Virus record (IMG/VR): IMGVR_UViG_3300022309_000015
Coordinates: 1-34,864 of that record
Strand: one strand, 5' to 3'
Origin: a virus
Lineage: Duplodnaviria; Caudoviricetes
Length of the DNA: 34,864 nucleotides
Under the pieces are notes generated by a model. It did no database searches, was not told the DNA's origin, and saw nothing but the letters and a program-made list of their open reading frames with translations. Both the position numbers and the translations under genes were made by a program. Below, piece by piece: positions 34,210-34,864 of the stretch; the first letter of the stretch is position 1; each line of letters opens with the position of its first letter.

Positions 34210-34526
34210 GTACGCAGGAAGAACGAGAACGGGCGCTGAAGGTAGTTCTAAATGATCTGGAGTGCAACATCGATGGTGTTCCCTCCAGTTACGACGACAC
34301 AATTAGAGCGCAGATGCGCGGGCATATCGAAACCCTCCGCGACCGCGTCCGTGAGGAGCATGAGCGGATGGAACGTAAAGTCCGCCGCGAGGCGTTCGAG
34401 GAGTGTATCAGGATTGCGGAGACAACTCCGCTGGTACAGTTGTCACCTTTGGCAGACCGGCAGCAGGCCGCGATTACCTCCAACCTCCGCGCCCGCCTAG
34501 CCGAACTTGAGAAGGAGAAGCCATGA
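34206..34526 (+). CDS. Hypothetical protein (106 aa)
   Basis: AAGGAG SD; ATGA coupling. Confidence 0.75.
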   Translation: MSTQEERERALKVVLNDLECNIDGVPSSYDDTIRAQMRGHIETLRDRVREEHERMERKVRREAFEECIRIAETTPLVQLSPLADRQQAAITSNLRARLAELEKEKP

Positions 34527-34762
34527 GCGACGACGTTGAATATTTCCGCACCTATATGATGATGAGGGTGGAGCGCGAGCGTGCCTATGCCGAGTACCTC
34601 CAAGCGTCAACATCGTTGGAGTTGGCGTGGGTGCATGAGCGAGCGGCTGAGTTGGCGAGCCAGAGCGAGCCGCTTGAGACGGCGTGCGGACTGATGGATA
34701 AGCGCGCCCTCGCCATAGCGGCAGCCAAATACGTCGCATTCGGGAAAAAGATACAACCCTGA
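34523..34762 (+). CDS. Hypothetical protein (79 aa)
   Basis: AAGGAG SD; ATGA coupling. Confidence 0.7.
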   Translation: MSDDVEYFRTYMMMRVERERAYAEYLQASTSLELAWVHERAAELASQSEPLETACGLMDKRALAIAAAKYVAFGKKIQP

Positions 34763-34772
34763 AGGAGAAGCC

Positions 34773-34864
34773 ATGAAGTACGCAATGCTTGCCGCAGTTT
34801 TCGTGATGCTGATTGCCCCGGTGCGTTTTGTCGGGTTTCCAGATCTGGAACCGCGCACGTCGCC
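34773..34864 (+). CDS. Partial CDS with signal-peptide-like N-terminus
   Basis: AAGGAG SD; MKYAMLAAVFVMLIAP...; runs off the window. Confidence 0.6.
   Translation, partial: MKYAMLAAVFVMLIAPVRFVGFPDLEPRTS

Larger units (their letters stand above)
32823..34776 (+). repeat. Dispersed 16-bp junction repeat GAAGGAGAAGCCATGA (5 copies)
   Basis: Copies start at 32823, 33119, 34194, 34511 and 34761; each contains SD and ATG. Confidence 0.85.
1..34864. mobile_element. Tailed bacteriophage genome segment (podovirus-like virion module plus early/middle genes)
   Basis: Terminase-portal-scaffold-capsid-adaptor-nozzle-ejection gene order; dense small early ORFs; Gp157-like and SSAP genes; no host housekeeping genes; no integrase or att site recognised in the window. 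Confidence 0.95.

Noticed and set aside
31827-34526. Diversity-generating retroelement template/variable repeat pairs
   Set aside because: Shared blocks are short, differences are not adenine-specific, and no reverse transcriptase is present in the window
27817-34776. CRISPR array from recurring short repeats
   Set aside because: Repeats are separated by whole genes of variable length and contain SD and start codons; no cas genes

Overview
The whole window reads as part of a tailed-phage genome with podovirus-like (P22/T7-type) gene order; no host genes were recognised. The left arm (1-~21.8 kb, minus strand) is the virion module. Read in transcription order it encodes terminase large subunit, a small Cys protein, portal, scaffold, major capsid, a decoration protein, a beta-helix protein, a 1548-aa protein with a heparinase II/III-like lyase region, adaptor, nozzle and putative ejection proteins, the last of which runs off the window. 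A divergent plus-strand cluster of small genes (21.9-24.1 kb) follows, then a ~1 kb non-coding control region, then a plus-strand early/middle region of many small genes. That region includes Gp157-like, Rad52/Sak-like, wHTH and RHH proteins and has TTGACA-N17 sigma70-type promoters. Most notable: (1) a candidate ~83-nt minus-strand sRNA (24077-24159) with its own promoter and terminator. Its middle hairpin loop (ACUAACCUC) is complementary to an extended Shine-Dalgarno motif, GGAGG(T/C)TAG, found before seven early genes, suggesting a multi-target anti-RBS regulon. (2) Two paralogous tRNA-like RNAs (29790-29997, 31607-31737) with acceptor, D and T arms but a large multi-hairpin domain in place of the anticodon arm. 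All product calls come from motif recognition and gene order only; no database searches were run.
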